From: Candidatus Latescibacterota bacterium
Lineage (GTDB): Bacteria > Latescibacterota > UBA2968 > UBA8231
NCBI GenBank assembly: GCA_964291625.2
Contig: OZ220089.1
Location: 4,032,001-4,096,000, forward strand
Reading direction: 5' to 3'
DNA: 64,000 bases
Shown one piece after another: positions 9,094-18,770 of the stretch. Made by a program: the position numbers and the translations under genes. A model generated the notes under the pieces. It searched no databases. It saw only the letters and a program-made list of their open reading frames with translations, and was not told the origin of the DNA. Numbering within the stretch: the first letter of the stretch is position 1; each line of letters starts with the position of its first letter.

Positions 9094-10347
9094 TCAGCCG
9101 CCGGCGTAGCGCAGCAGGGCCGCCTCGTCCATGTCGACGCCGAGACCGGGGGCGTCCGGGAGCCTGAACCCGCCGTCGGCGTACTCCCAGGCGGTGGCGC
9201 CCACGAGGGAGGCGCGTTCGGCCAGGCCGGCCTGGAACTCCTGCAGGCAGGTCTCGGGACAGGCGGCGGCGAAGTGCAGGGTGGCGGCCTGGAAGGGGCC
9301 GAGGCCGTTGCCCATGTGCGGCGTCGTCGGCACCCCGGCGGCGGCCGCCTGGTCCCGCTGGCGCAGGCCGTCGCTCAGGCCGGTGCGGCCCACGTCCGGC
9401 TGGAAGACCTCCAGGGCCGGCGGCTCGAACCAGGCCCGGGTCTGCCAGTGGGTGCGGAAGTGCTCGCCCAGGGCGATCGGCGCCCCCGGGTGACGGAGCA
9501 GCTCGCGGTGGCCGTCGAGGTCCTCCGGCTCCAGGGGGCACTCCAGCCAGCGGCAGCCGAGGTCGCCGTAGCGCCGGCGGGCCTCGATGGCGCGGTCCGG
9601 CTCCACCATCCAGAGAGTGTCCACCATCCACTGCTCGACGTCCGCCCCGGCCTGCAGGAACTCCACCTCCGCAGTCCCGGCGTCGAGGTCCCCATCGAAG
9701 AACAGCTTGACCCCGCGCAGGCCGGTGTCGAGCCAGGCGCGCAGCGTCTCCAGGCGGTCGCCGGGCGTGGCCTGGCGCAGGCCGGAGAGGTAGACGGGGA
9801 TCTGCGGTCGCGGCGCCTCGCACAGCAGGGCGGCCACGGGCACGCCCTCCCGGCGGCCGATGGCGTCGTACAGGGCGATGTCGACGGCGGCCATGGCGTC
9901 GAGCCAGTACCCGGCGGCGTAGCCGCGGCCCCTCTGGGCGTCGTAGAGGAAGTCCCAAAGCTCCGCCGGGTGGCCGAACTCCCGTCCGGCGGCCATGGGC
10001 AGCACCAGGCTCTCGGCCACCAGGCCCGCCACCTCGGGGCCGATGGGGCAGTTGGCCTCGCCCCAGCCGCGGGAGCCGTCGGCGAGGTCGACGCGCACGA
10101 TCACGCTCTCCACCCGGCGCGGGTAGACGGTGCGCCAGCCGTCGCGGAACTCGAAGCGGGCGCCGGCGGCGGCCCCGGCGCTGCTGCGGTAGTCCTCCCA
10201 GTACGACGGCTCGCCGCCGAAGGCCACGTGGTAGGCGGTCAGCCCGGAGATGGAGAAGTCGGTGGCGGCGATGGTCCGCTCACATCGGGTCCGTCGTCGC
10301 CGCCGCCCCGGCCTGCGCTTCCGCCCAGGCCTTGAGGGGGATGTCAT
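9094..10347 (-). CDS. Mandelate racemase/muconate lactonizing enzyme family dehydratase; true start probably near 10270
   Basis: GWGE, AVDIALYD, GVKLF, MVD, WLECP, LGEH, QPD, PH, PGLGV motifs. Confidence 0.85.
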   Translation of the reverse strand: MTSPSRPGRKRRPGRRRRRTRCERTIAATDFSISGLTAYHVAFGGEPSYWEDYRSSAGAAAGARFEFRDGWRTVYPRRVESVIVRVDLADGSRGWGEANCPIGPEVAGLVAESLVLPMAAGREFGHPAELWDFLYDAQRGRGYAAGYWLDAMAAVDIALYDAIGRREGVPVAALLCEAPRPQIPVYLSGLRQATPGDRLETLRAWLDTGLRGVKLFFDGDLDAGTAEVEFLQAGADVEQWMVDTLWMVEPDRAIEARRRYGDLGCRWLECPLEPEDLDGHRELLRHPGAPIALGEHFRTHWQTRAWFEPPALEVFQPDVGRTGLSDGLRQRDQAAAAGVPTTPHMGNGLGPFQAATLHFAAACPETCLQEFQAGLAERASLVGATAWEYADGGFRLPDAPGLGVDMDEAALLRYAGG

Positions 10348-11209
10348 CCGAGTTGCGGGTGATCCAGTACTGGGAGGCGGGGTGGAACTCCGGCGTCTCC
10401 CCGAGAGGATGGGACCCGGGGGCCAGGGCCCCCAGCAGCTGCCGGCGGATCGGGGAGCAGCGCGCGATCAGCTCCGGGTCCTGCTCCATGTAGTCGGTGG
10501 GGCGCAGCCAGCGGTAGTGGTAGCCCACGTGCAGGATCTTGCGGGTCCGGGCCGACAGGTTGGGGCCGACGCAGTGCCAGGTGGCGGTGCGCCACAGCAC
10601 GGCGGTGCCGGGGGGGATCCTCAGCTCCACGGTGGAGTCCATGTCGACCCCGCCGTCTTCCCGCAGCTCTGCCACCGGCCGCAGGTGGCTTCCGGGCATC
10701 ATCCAGAGGTTGCCGCAGTTCGATTCGCGGAGGTCGGAGAGGGCGTAGAAGATCTTGATCTCCATGAACGGCAGCCGCCCGTCGAGGGAGGGCGCCTCGA
10801 AGAGGTAGTTGCCGGCCAGGTCGGGGTGCCAGTTGACGTTGCGGTATGCTTCCTGGTCCTCCCCGTCCCCGACGCCGACGGTGCCGGCGCGCATCCCCTC
10901 GGGATAGGGGGGGCGGTAGTCGAGGTGGGAGGTGCGGATCTGGATGTTCCAGCCGATGGCGTCGACCACGAGAGGCAGGACTCTCGGGTGATCGACGAGG
11001 TCGAGGAAGGCCTCGTGATGGGCCAGGGCGTTGCGCACGGCGAAGGGCTCTTCCGGGCCGAGTCCGGAAGACTCCCTGACCCGCGCGGCGACCTCGTCGA
11101 CGGCGGCCAGGAGGCGGTCGACCTCGGGCCCGTCGAGGAATCCGTCGAGGATGACGAACCCCTTCTCCTCGAAGTCCCGCTCCTGCCGCGGGGTCATGGC
11201 GATGGCCAT
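10280..11209 (-). CDS. Phytanoyl-CoA dioxygenase (PhyH) family Fe/2OG enzyme
   Basis: FEEKGFVIL start, WHPD...GNLWMMPGSH...WH facial triad; GGAGG RBS. Confidence 0.88.
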   Translation of the reverse strand: MAIAMTPRQERDFEEKGFVILDGFLDGPEVDRLLAAVDEVAARVRESSGLGPEEPFAVRNALAHHEAFLDLVDHPRVLPLVVDAIGWNIQIRTSHLDYRPPYPEGMRAGTVGVGDGEDQEAYRNVNWHPDLAGNYLFEAPSLDGRLPFMEIKIFYALSDLRESNCGNLWMMPGSHLRPVAELREDGGVDMDSTVELRIPPGTAVLWRTATWHCVGPNLSARTRKILHVGYHYRWLRPTDYMEQDPELIARCSPIRRQLLGALAPGSHPLGETPEFHPASQYWITRNSDDIPLKAWAEAQAGAAATTDPM

Positions 11210-11402
11210 GGATCACCTCCCGGGTGGCGTTGACACCGGCCGGCGCGAATCTGCCGCCGCGGCGGTCCCCGGTCAACCGGATGCGAACGCCGGATCCCGT
11301 GGCCCACAGCTCACGCAGGCGAGTCCCCCGCCACACGGATGGCGCGGCGAAGCGGCCCCGCCGGGGGGGTGCGGGTCTGGCATCCGGTTTGCGCTATGAA
11401 CC

Positions 11403-12275
11403 ATGCAGCCCTCTCCCTACATTTCACGGATTCGTCCCATGGCGCAGCCCGAGAGCGGTGGAACGCCGCACGCACCCCCGGCCGAAGAGATGCACTGGGC
11501 CATACATCTCAGCGAGGACATCAAGGATCTCCGGCTGGAGGTCCGCGACCACCGCGAGCAGAGCCACCAGGACGTCCGCGAGTTGCGGACCGAGGTCCGC
11601 GGGGATGTGCAGGGACTGCGCACGGAGGTCCGTGAGAACCTCCAGGAGTTGCGCGCCGAGGTCCGCGGGGACAGCAAGGGGATGCGGACCGAGCTCCGCG
11701 AGGAGATCCACGAGTTCCGCACGGAGGTGCGCACGGATTTCCAGGAGGTTCGCGGGGACATCCAGGGCGTGCGCGAGGACATCCCGGCCCTGCGCACGGA
11801 ACTGCGCACGGAACTGCGCGGGAACATCCAGGGCCTGCGCACGGAAGTGCGCGAGGACATCCAGGGCCTGCGCACGGAACTGCGCGAGCACCGGGCGCAG
11901 ATGGACACCCGCTTTGCCCAGGTCGATCAGCGGTTTCTTCAGGTCGACGGGCGCTTCGACCAGATGGAGGCCCGCTTTGCCCAGATCGACGAGCGCTTCG
12001 CCCAGGTGGACGAGCGCTTCGTTCAGGTGGACGAGCGCTTCGTTCAGGTGGACGCGCGATTTGCCCAGATAGATGAGCGCTTCGCCCAGGTGGACGCGCG
12101 CTTCGCCCAGGTGGACGCGCGCTTCGCCCAGGTGGACCGGCGCTTCGCCCAAGTGGACCGGCGCTTCGACGAGCTGCGGCGGATCATGGACACCCGGTTC
12201 TACTGGACCATCGGGATCATGGTCACCCTCTTCGGCGCCCAGACGGCGCTGATCGCCGCCCTGGCCCGGCTCTGA
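11403..12275 (+). CDS. Repetitive coiled-coil protein with C-terminal membrane anchor (DUF1640/CCDC90-like architecture)
   Basis: 11-residue repeats (DIQGLRTEVRE) followed by 7-residue repeats (RFAQVDE) and a hydrophobic tail FYWTIGIMVTLFGAQTALIAALARL; start may be 11439 or later. Confidence 0.75.
   Translation: MQPSPYISRIRPMAQPESGGTPHAPPAEEMHWAIHLSEDIKDLRLEVRDHREQSHQDVRELRTEVRGDVQGLRTEVRENLQELRAEVRGDSKGMRTELREEIHEFRTEVRTDFQEVRGDIQGVREDIPALRTELRTELRGNIQGLRTEVREDIQGLRTELREHRAQMDTRFAQVDQRFLQVDGRFDQMEARFAQIDERFAQVDERFVQVDERFVQVDARFAQIDERFAQVDARFAQVDARFAQVDRRFAQVDRRFDELRRIMDTRFYWTIGIMVTLFGAQTALIAALARL
11910..12170 (+). repeat. Coding 21-bp tandem repeat, about 12 copies
   Basis: CGCTT(C/T)GCCCAGGTGGACGAG-type units. 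Confidence 0.85.
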
Positions 12276-12296
12276 CCGCGGGCCACCGGCAACCGC

Positions 12297-15263
12297 TCAC
12301 CCCAAAGCCGTCACCCTCTCCCGGAAGTCGACGGGCACCCGCATCCGCCCCTCGCCGCGGCGCTCGAAGAGCAGGTAGCCGCGGTCGCGGCCGAAGCGCC
12401 AGATGTCGCGGGTGATGCGCACGTCGTTGCGGCAGTACTCCTCGATCAGGTCGAGACGCCCCTGCTTCCACCAGCGCAGGGCCTGCAGGCCGTCGGCCGT
12501 CTTCTCCTCCTCGAGGGTGGCCTGGGCGAGGCTGTTGAGGCTGACGCGGAAGTTCAGCTGATCGCGGATCTCGCGCAGCATGTCGAGGGTGTCGAGGCCG
12601 CGGAAGTCGAAGCGGGAGTACCCGCGCAGGACGGAGTAGTCGAAGCCGATGCAGTTGAAGCCGACCACGAGATCGGCCGACCGCAGGTGCTCGATGAGCC
12701 GGGGCACGCCGTCCTCGAAGTAGGTGACGAACTCGTCGCGGCGGCTGTCCCAGAGGATGCCGCAGCTCATCCTCATCAGGTAGGTGCGGTTCCAGCCGCC
12801 GACCTCGGCGGCGCTGAGCTGGGTCTCCAGGTCGAAGACGACGACGTGCTGCTCCGGATCGGTGTCGGGGGGAGGCTCCTCCTCCACGCCCTCCCAGTCG
12901 GCGAACAGCGGCGGCTCGGCCTCGAGGCCGTCGACCTCGAGTGACTTTGGGTCGAGGCTGGCGCGTCCCGAGAGCAGCTCCAGCAGGTGTGCGCAGCCGG
13001 CCTTGTCGAGGGGGTGGTTGCCGGCGCCGCAGGAGGGGAAGTGGATGCACGAGGGACAGCCCTCCTCGCAGTCGCAGGCCTCCACCAGCCCGAGGGTCAG
13101 CTCCAGGAGCCGGTCGAGCATGTCGAAGCCCTTCTCGGCCAGGCCGATCCCCCCCGGGTAGTGGTCGTAGACGAAGATCGCCCCCTTGCGCAGCTGCGGG
13201 TGCAGGGGATAGCAGATGCCGCCCACGTCGGTGCTCTTGCTCAGGGCCAGGAGCGGGAAGACCGACTTGGCGGCGTGCTCGACGGCGTGGAGCGACCCCA
13301 TGTGGTGATGGCCGCGGCCCTTGAGCTGCTTCTTGAAGGGGGCGTCCATCTCCAGCCAGAAGCCGACGGTCTCGAAGGTCTCCACCGGGGAGTCGAGAGG
13401 GTGGCGGGAGATCACCGCCTGGTCGCCGGCGCGGACCTTCTCGAAGGCCGTCACCTGGGAGCGCACGAGCAGGCGCCCGAGCTTGGCCTGGTAGCCGTGC
13501 ATGGGCCGGCAGGCCAGCTCCTCGAGGATCTCGGTCTCCTTCTCCCGCTTGGGCCGGGTGTAGTAGGGAACCTCCACCACCCGGGCGCCGATCTGCCGCT
13601 TCACCGGGTGGCGCTCGCCGATCAGGTACTGGCGGCCCCGGTGCAGGTAGACGGCGCCCTCGTGGCACTCGGCGTGGAGCTGGCTGCCGGAGACCGTGCC
13701 GATGGACTTGCCCCCGTCGGGAGGGCCGCCCTCCGGACCGCCGTCGACGATCGACCAGCTCTCGCCGATGGAGCGCATGTTCACCCGCCGGTGGGGCCGC
13801 TTGCGGGAGGCGAACCAGGCGTCGCCCTCGGCGCTCTGCAGGAGCTCCCCGCCTTCGGTCAGCCGCTCCAGGGCGGGCCCGTATCCGTCGATCTCGGCGT
13901 ATTCCGGCTCACCGGCGGTCAGGGGCAGCTCGCGGGCGGCGCAGGGCAGGTGCTGGTCGAGGACGTAGCGGTTCGAGGGATCGGCCACGGCGTCCTCGAT
14001 GCCGCGGCCGAAGAGCTGCTCCGGGTGCCGGGCGAAGTACTGGTCGAGGGCGTCGCGGCCGGCCAGCAGGACGACGACGGACTCCCGCCCCTGGCGGCCG
14101 ACGCGCCCCGCCCGCTGCCAGGTGCCGACGATCGACCCGGGGTAGCCGACGAGGACGCAGACGTCGAGGCCGCCGATGTCGATGCCGAGCTCCAGGGCCG
14201 AGGTGCTGACCACGCCGAGGAGGTCGCCGGAGAGCAGCCGCGCCTCGATCTGGCGGCGCTCCTCGGGCAGGTAGCCGGCCCGGTAGGAGCTGACGAGGTC
14301 CCGCAGGTCGCGGCGGTGCTGGGTCGCCCACCGGTAGATCAGCTCCGCGGTCACCCGGGCCCGGGTGAAGACGATCGACCGCAGCCGGCGCAGGACCCCG
14401 GCCCGCAGCAGCCGGGCGGCGACCGTGTTGGGGCTCTCCGGGGGATCGGCGATCAGGAAGTGGCGCGCCGCCGCCGGCGCCCCGGAGCGGGTCACCGCCG
14501 TGAAGGGCCGGCCGAAGAGCCCTTCGGCGAGGGGCCGGGGGTTGCCGATGGTGGCCGAGCAGCTGACGTAGCGCGGCTCGGAGCCACAGGCGGCGCACAG
14601 CCGGTTCAGGCGCCGGAAGAGGTGCAGGACGTGGGAGCCGAAGATGCCGTTGTAGGTGTGCAGCTCGTCGACCACCACCCAGCGCAGGTTCCGCCACACC
14701 TCCTCCCAGGCCTCGTGGAAGGCCAGCAGGCCGGAGTGGAGCATGTCGGGCGTGGTGATCAGGATGTTCGGCGGGTGGCGGCGGATCCGCTCGCGGACGT
14801 GGCGCTTCGTGTCGCCGTCGTAGATCTCGGCGGTGAGGCCGCAGGCCATGGCGGCCAGCAGGCCCCGCAGCTCGTCGAGCTGGTCCTGGGCCAGGGCCTT
14901 GAGGGGGAAGACGTAGATGGCGAACCCCGACGGCCGGTCCAGGAGGTCGGCGAGGACGGCGGCGTTGTAGACCAGGGTCTTGCCCGAGGCCGTGGGCGTG
15001 GCCACGACGGCGTTGCGTCCCGCCCGCAGGTGGCCGATGCCCTCCTCCTGATGGCTCCAGAGCTCCCGGATGCCGGCGGCGGCGAGGACCCGGGCGACCC
15101 CCGGCCCGAGGTGGGAGAGGCCGGGGGCGTGCCTCGCCGGCGCCGCGGGCAGGCTCTCCCGGTGGACGAGGCTGTCGGAGAGGGCGGTCTCCTCGAGGTA
15201 GCGCAGGTAGGCGGCGAGGTCCGCCTCGGGGGCGGACCCGGGCGGGCCTTCGTCGGGTGACAC
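12297..15263 (-). CDS. DEAD/DEAH-box helicase with DUF1998 (MrfA/YprA/Hrq1-like) fused to a C-terminal RNase H-like (YprB-type) exonuclease
   Basis: TPTASGKT, DELH, SATIGNP, QRAGRVGR, CDCEEGCPSC; then FDLETQ, GFNCIGFDY, YCRND DEDD-type motifs. Confidence 0.9.
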   Translation of the reverse strand: MSPDEGPPGSAPEADLAAYLRYLEETALSDSLVHRESLPAAPARHAPGLSHLGPGVARVLAAAGIRELWSHQEEGIGHLRAGRNAVVATPTASGKTLVYNAAVLADLLDRPSGFAIYVFPLKALAQDQLDELRGLLAAMACGLTAEIYDGDTKRHVRERIRRHPPNILITTPDMLHSGLLAFHEAWEEVWRNLRWVVVDELHTYNGIFGSHVLHLFRRLNRLCAACGSEPRYVSCSATIGNPRPLAEGLFGRPFTAVTRSGAPAAARHFLIADPPESPNTVAARLLRAGVLRRLRSIVFTRARVTAELIYRWATQHRRDLRDLVSSYRAGYLPEERRQIEARLLSGDLLGVVSTSALELGIDIGGLDVCVLVGYPGSIVGTWQRAGRVGRQGRESVVVLLAGRDALDQYFARHPEQLFGRGIEDAVADPSNRYVLDQHLPCAARELPLTAGEPEYAEIDGYGPALERLTEGGELLQSAEGDAWFASRKRPHRRVNMRSIGESWSIVDGGPEGGPPDGGKSIGTVSGSQLHAECHEGAVYLHRGRQYLIGERHPVKRQIGARVVEVPYYTRPKREKETEILEELACRPMHGYQAKLGRLLVRSQVTAFEKVRAGDQAVISRHPLDSPVETFETVGFWLEMDAPFKKQLKGRGHHHMGSLHAVEHAAKSVFPLLALSKSTDVGGICYPLHPQLRKGAIFVYDHYPGGIGLAEKGFDMLDRLLELTLGLVEACDCEEGCPSCIHFPSCGAGNHPLDKAGCAHLLELLSGRASLDPKSLEVDGLEAEPPLFADWEGVEEEPPPDTDPEQHVVVFDLETQLSAAEVGGWNRTYLMRMSCGILWDSRRDEFVTYFEDGVPRLIEHLRSADLVVGFNCIGFDYSVLRGYSRFDFRGLDTLDMLREIRDQLNFRVSLNSLAQATLEEEKTADGLQALRWWKQGRLDLIEEYCRNDVRITRDIWRFGRDRGYLLFERRGEGRMRVPVDFRERVTALG

Positions 15264-15328
15264 GCGGCGGATCACGGGGAATCGACCGACTCGGGAGGAA
15301 TGAGGGCTCAAACAAGCACTGGACCATT

Positions 15329-15358
15329 AGTATACCCAGGGGCGCGCCCGGCGGGCAA
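15329..15358 (-). promoter_or_regulatory. Putative sigma70 promoter for the helicase
   Basis: TTGCCC-N18-TATACT on the minus strand. Confidence 0.45.
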
Positions 15359-15374
15359 GCGGAATCTGGCCGGC

Positions 15375-15403
15375 TTTCACCGGCCTGGGGGATCGGCTAT
15401 GCT
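15375..15403 (+). promoter_or_regulatory. Putative sigma70 promoter (divergent)
   Basis: TTTCAC-N17-TATGCT. Confidence 0.4.
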
Positions 15404-15474
15404 CACGCCGCCGGGCAGCCGGGCGCCGCGGGGGCGCCCGGGCGTCCGCTACCGCAACAGGAGGGAGCAGGCTC

Positions 15475-16488
15475 GTGACAGAGGAAGAGAAGGCCGTCGG
15501 CATCGGCTTCATCGGCTGCGGCGGCAACGCCCGGGGACACATGAACCGGCTGGCCGCCATGGAGCGGGCGCGCCTGGCGGCGGTCTGCGACATCGACGAG
15601 GGCCGCGCCCGCCAGGCGGCGGAGACCACCGGCGCCGAGGCCTTCACCGACTTCCGGCGCATGCTCGAGCGCGACGACCTCGACGCCGTCTACCTCAGCC
15701 TGCCCGTCTTCGCCCACGGCGAGCCGGAGCTGGCCGTCATCGACCGCGGCCTGCCGTTCTTCGTGGAGAAGCCGGTGGCCCGCCACCTCGACCAGGCCCT
15801 CGAGATCGAGGCCGCCGTCGAGGCCGCCGGGGTGATCACCTGCGTCGGCTACCAGCTGCGCTACCTCGGCTCCACCGACATCGCCCGCCAGACCCTGGAG
15901 GGTGCCGCCGTCAGCCTCGCCAGCGGCCGCTACTGGAGCGGCTCGGGCCGGGTCGCGCCCGACCGCAAGAGCTGGGTCACCACCATGGCCCAGTCCGGGG
16001 GGCAGCTCGTGGAGCAGGCGACCCACACCCTCGACATGATGCGCTTCCTCGTGGGCGAGGTCGGCGCGGTGACGGCGCGCCACGCCAACCGCCAGGTCCC
16101 CCACATCGACTGCCCCGACGTGCACGCCGTGATCCTCGAGTTCGAGTCCGGCGCCCTCGGCACCCTGACCACCACCTGGGCCTACGACAACCTCGACTGG
16201 AGCGAGACCAACATCGTCGACGTCCTCTACGACCAGTGCCTGCTCACCTGGGGGCGGGAGCGGGTGGCCGTCCGCAGCCGGCGCCCCAGGGAAGAGGGAG
16301 AAGGGGAGGAGATGGCCACCGAGACTCGTACCGCCCCCGGCCCGGGAATCGACGAGGTCTTCGTCGAGGCGGTGGCCGCCGGCGACGGCTCGAGGATCCG
16401 CTCGCCCTACGGGGACGCGGTGAAGTCCCTGGCCCTCTGCCTGGGTGCTCTCGAGGCGGGGCAGACAGGCCGGACCGTGACCCTGTGA
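15475..16488 (+). CDS. Gfo/Idh/MocA family oxidoreductase
   Basis: IGFIGCGG, EKP, GGQLVEQATHTLD motifs. Confidence 0.9.
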   Translation: MTEEEKAVGIGFIGCGGNARGHMNRLAAMERARLAAVCDIDEGRARQAAETTGAEAFTDFRRMLERDDLDAVYLSLPVFAHGEPELAVIDRGLPFFVEKPVARHLDQALEIEAAVEAAGVITCVGYQLRYLGSTDIARQTLEGAAVSLASGRYWSGSGRVAPDRKSWVTTMAQSGGQLVEQATHTLDMMRFLVGEVGAVTARHANRQVPHIDCPDVHAVILEFESGALGTLTTTWAYDNLDWSETNIVDVLYDQCLLTWGRERVAVRSRRPREEGEGEEMATETRTAPGPGIDEVFVEAVAAGDGSRIRSPYGDAVKSLALCLGALEAGQTGRTVTL

Positions 16489-17843
16489 CCCTCTACAGCG
16501 ACCTGCTGGCCGAGCGCGAGCGGCGCGGCCGTCCGGTGCGCGCGGCCGTCATCGGCGCCGGCAAGTTCGGCGGCGGCCTGATCGTGCAGCTCGCCCAGAG
16601 CCCCGGGATGGAGGCCGCCGTCGTGGCGGACCTCGACCCGGAACGCGTCCGCCGGGTGCTCGCCTCCTGCGGCCAGGCGGAGCGGGCCGTCGAGGCGGAT
16701 TCCGCGGGCGCCGTGGCCGACACCGTGCGCTCGGGCCGGTGCGTGGTGACCGGGGACCCCCTGCTGGCGGCGGGCTGCGAGGAGGTGGACGTGGTCGTCG
16801 AGGCCACCGGCCTGCCCGAGGCCGGCGCCTGCCACGCCCTGACGGCGATCGAGGCCGGCCGTCACGTGGTGATGGTCAACGTCGAGGCCGACGTCACCGT
16901 CGGCGCCCTCCTCCGGCGGCGGGCCGACGCCGCCGCGGTGGTCTACACCCTCGTCGACGGCGACCAGCCCGGCTGCATCATGGAGATGGTCGAGTGGGCC
17001 CGCACCCTCGGCTTCGAGATCGTCGCCGCCGGCCGCGGCACCGTGCGTTACGCCGACGACGAGGCCGGCACCCCCGACTCGGTGCAGGACCGCTACGGCT
17101 TCGACGACGACCTCATGGAGCGGCGCACGATCAACACGAGGATGTTCAACTCCTTCCGGGACGGCACCAAGGCGCAGGTGGAGATGACGGCCCTGGCCAA
17201 CATGACCGGCCTGCCGCCCGACGTGCGCGGCATGCACGAGCCCTCGGTCAACGTCGAGGAGATCCCGCGGCGGTTCAGCCTGCGCGAGGAGGGCGGGCTC
17301 CTGGGCCGCTCCGGCGTCGTCGAGCTGGCCAACAGCGTCGACGCCGACGGCCGCACGATGCTGCCCGACCCGCTGGGCACGGGCGTGTTCTGCGTCATCC
17401 GCGCCGACCACCCCTTCATCCGCGAGGACCTGGCCGGGTACCACTGCCACGCCGGGGGAGGGGGCCGCAACTTCCTGCTCTGGCGGGCCTATCACCTCGT
17501 GGCCGTCGAGGCGCCCCTGTCGATCGCCCGGGCGGCCCTCTACCAGCGGCCCACGGGGGCGCCCCGTCAGCGGCCGGTGGCCGACACGGTGACCGTGGCC
17601 AAGCGGGACCTGCGCGCCGGAGAGGTCCTCGACGGCGGCGGCGGCTACACGGTGAACGGTGTCATCGAGACGGCGGAGGAGGCCCGCGCCGAAGGGCTGC
17701 TGCCCCTCGGCCTTTCGGGCGGGGCGAGGCTGAAGTCAGCCGTGGCCGCCGGCGAGGCGGTGCGCTACGCCGACGTGGCCTTGGAGGAGGGTTTCCTGCC
17801 GGCGCTGCGCCGGGAGCAGGACCGCGTCATCATCGATCCGTGA
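16485..17843 (+). CDS. NAD(P)-dependent oxidoreductase, homoserine-dehydrogenase-like with C-terminal SAF domain
   Basis: IGAGKFG, VNVEAD, GDQP, DGTKAQVEM, AKRDLRAGEVLDGGGGY; GTG overlaps the upstream stop. Confidence 0.87.
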   Translation: MTLYSDLLAERERRGRPVRAAVIGAGKFGGGLIVQLAQSPGMEAAVVADLDPERVRRVLASCGQAERAVEADSAGAVADTVRSGRCVVTGDPLLAAGCEEVDVVVEATGLPEAGACHALTAIEAGRHVVMVNVEADVTVGALLRRRADAAAVVYTLVDGDQPGCIMEMVEWARTLGFEIVAAGRGTVRYADDEAGTPDSVQDRYGFDDDLMERRTINTRMFNSFRDGTKAQVEMTALANMTGLPPDVRGMHEPSVNVEEIPRRFSLREEGGLLGRSGVVELANSVDADGRTMLPDPLGTGVFCVIRADHPFIREDLAGYHCHAGGGGRNFLLWRAYHLVAVEAPLSIARAALYQRPTGAPRQRPVADTVTVAKRDLRAGEVLDGGGGYTVNGVIETAEEARAEGLLPLGLSGGARLKSAVAAGEAVRYADVALEEGFLPALRREQDRVIIDP

Positions 17844-17853
17844 GGAGGAACCG

Positions 17854-18741
17854 ATGCCTGTAGTCGCAGTGTGCTGGAACATCGACAAACGCCACGAACC
17901 CTGGCGTCAACTCCTGGAGATGGACGCCGACGTGGCCCTGCTGCAAGAGGCGGGCCATCCGCCGCCGCCCGACGTGGCTGACAGAATCGACACGGGGCCT
18001 GCGGAACACTGGGACTCGCATCTCTGGAATTCTCGTTGGTGGGAGAACCGGTGGCCTCATCTTCACGAGCGTTGGTCGATGGTGGTGAAGCTGTCGGACC
18101 GGGTCGACGTCGAGTGGTTCAAGCAGGTCAGCCCGATATGCGATACGGCTGAAGCTGAAGACGAGATGGCCGTCAGCGGGATCGGGACGATAGCGGCGGC
18201 CCGCATCAAACCGAAGGACGCCCCGCCCTTCATCGCCGTCTCCATGTACGCGCGCTGGACCAGACCGCATCCGCACGCCAACAGCAGGTGGTTCGTAGGC
18301 TACGCGGACGGCTCGGCGCACCGCATCATCTCGGACCTGTCGGCCTTCATCGGCAACACCGACCCGGGTACGCACCGCATACTCGCCGCGGGAGACCTGA
18401 ACATGGCATTCGGGGTCGACGACGATAATCCACAGGCGCTGACGGCCCGTGAGCGCACCGTCATGGACAGGATGGACGCTCTCGGCATGGAGTACCTGGG
18501 GCCTCGGTACCCCGCGGGCCGGCGGGCGAGTCCCACGCCCCGGGGCCTGCCGCCGGACACCCCGAACGTTCCCACCTATCACACGCGCACAAGAAACCCC
18601 GAGACCGCAGAGCACCAGCTCGACCACGCCTTCGCCTCCCGGGGCTTCCACAAGAGCGTCAGAGTGCGCGCCATGAACTCGGTCGAGGAATGGGGCGCGA
18701 GCGACCACTGCCGTCTGCGGATCGAGGTCGCGGGAGAGTAA
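17854..18741 (+). CDS. Endonuclease/exonuclease/phosphatase (EEP) family protein, accessory
   Basis: WNI, DVALLQEA, AGDLN, LDH, SDH motifs; GGAGG RBS; lower GC3 than neighbours. Confidence 0.85.
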   Translation: MPVVAVCWNIDKRHEPWRQLLEMDADVALLQEAGHPPPPDVADRIDTGPAEHWDSHLWNSRWWENRWPHLHERWSMVVKLSDRVDVEWFKQVSPICDTAEAEDEMAVSGIGTIAAARIKPKDAPPFIAVSMYARWTRPHPHANSRWFVGYADGSAHRIISDLSAFIGNTDPGTHRILAAGDLNMAFGVDDDNPQALTARERTVMDRMDALGMEYLGPRYPAGRRASPTPRGLPPDTPNVPTYHTRTRNPETAEHQLDHAFASRGFHKSVRVRAMNSVEEWGASDHCRLRIEVAGE

Positions 18742-18770
18742 CCCGGGGGAGGCCGGTTTGGCCGGAGGCA

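Noticed and set aside
11210-11400. Riboswitch or ncRNA upstream of PhyH (GTTGAC...GTCAAC inverted repeat and small hairpins)
   Set aside because: No recognisable aptamer consensus; GC-rich hairpins alone are insufficient.
11910-12170. CRISPR or non-coding repeat array
   Set aside because: In-frame 21-bp coding repeats of a coiled-coil protein.
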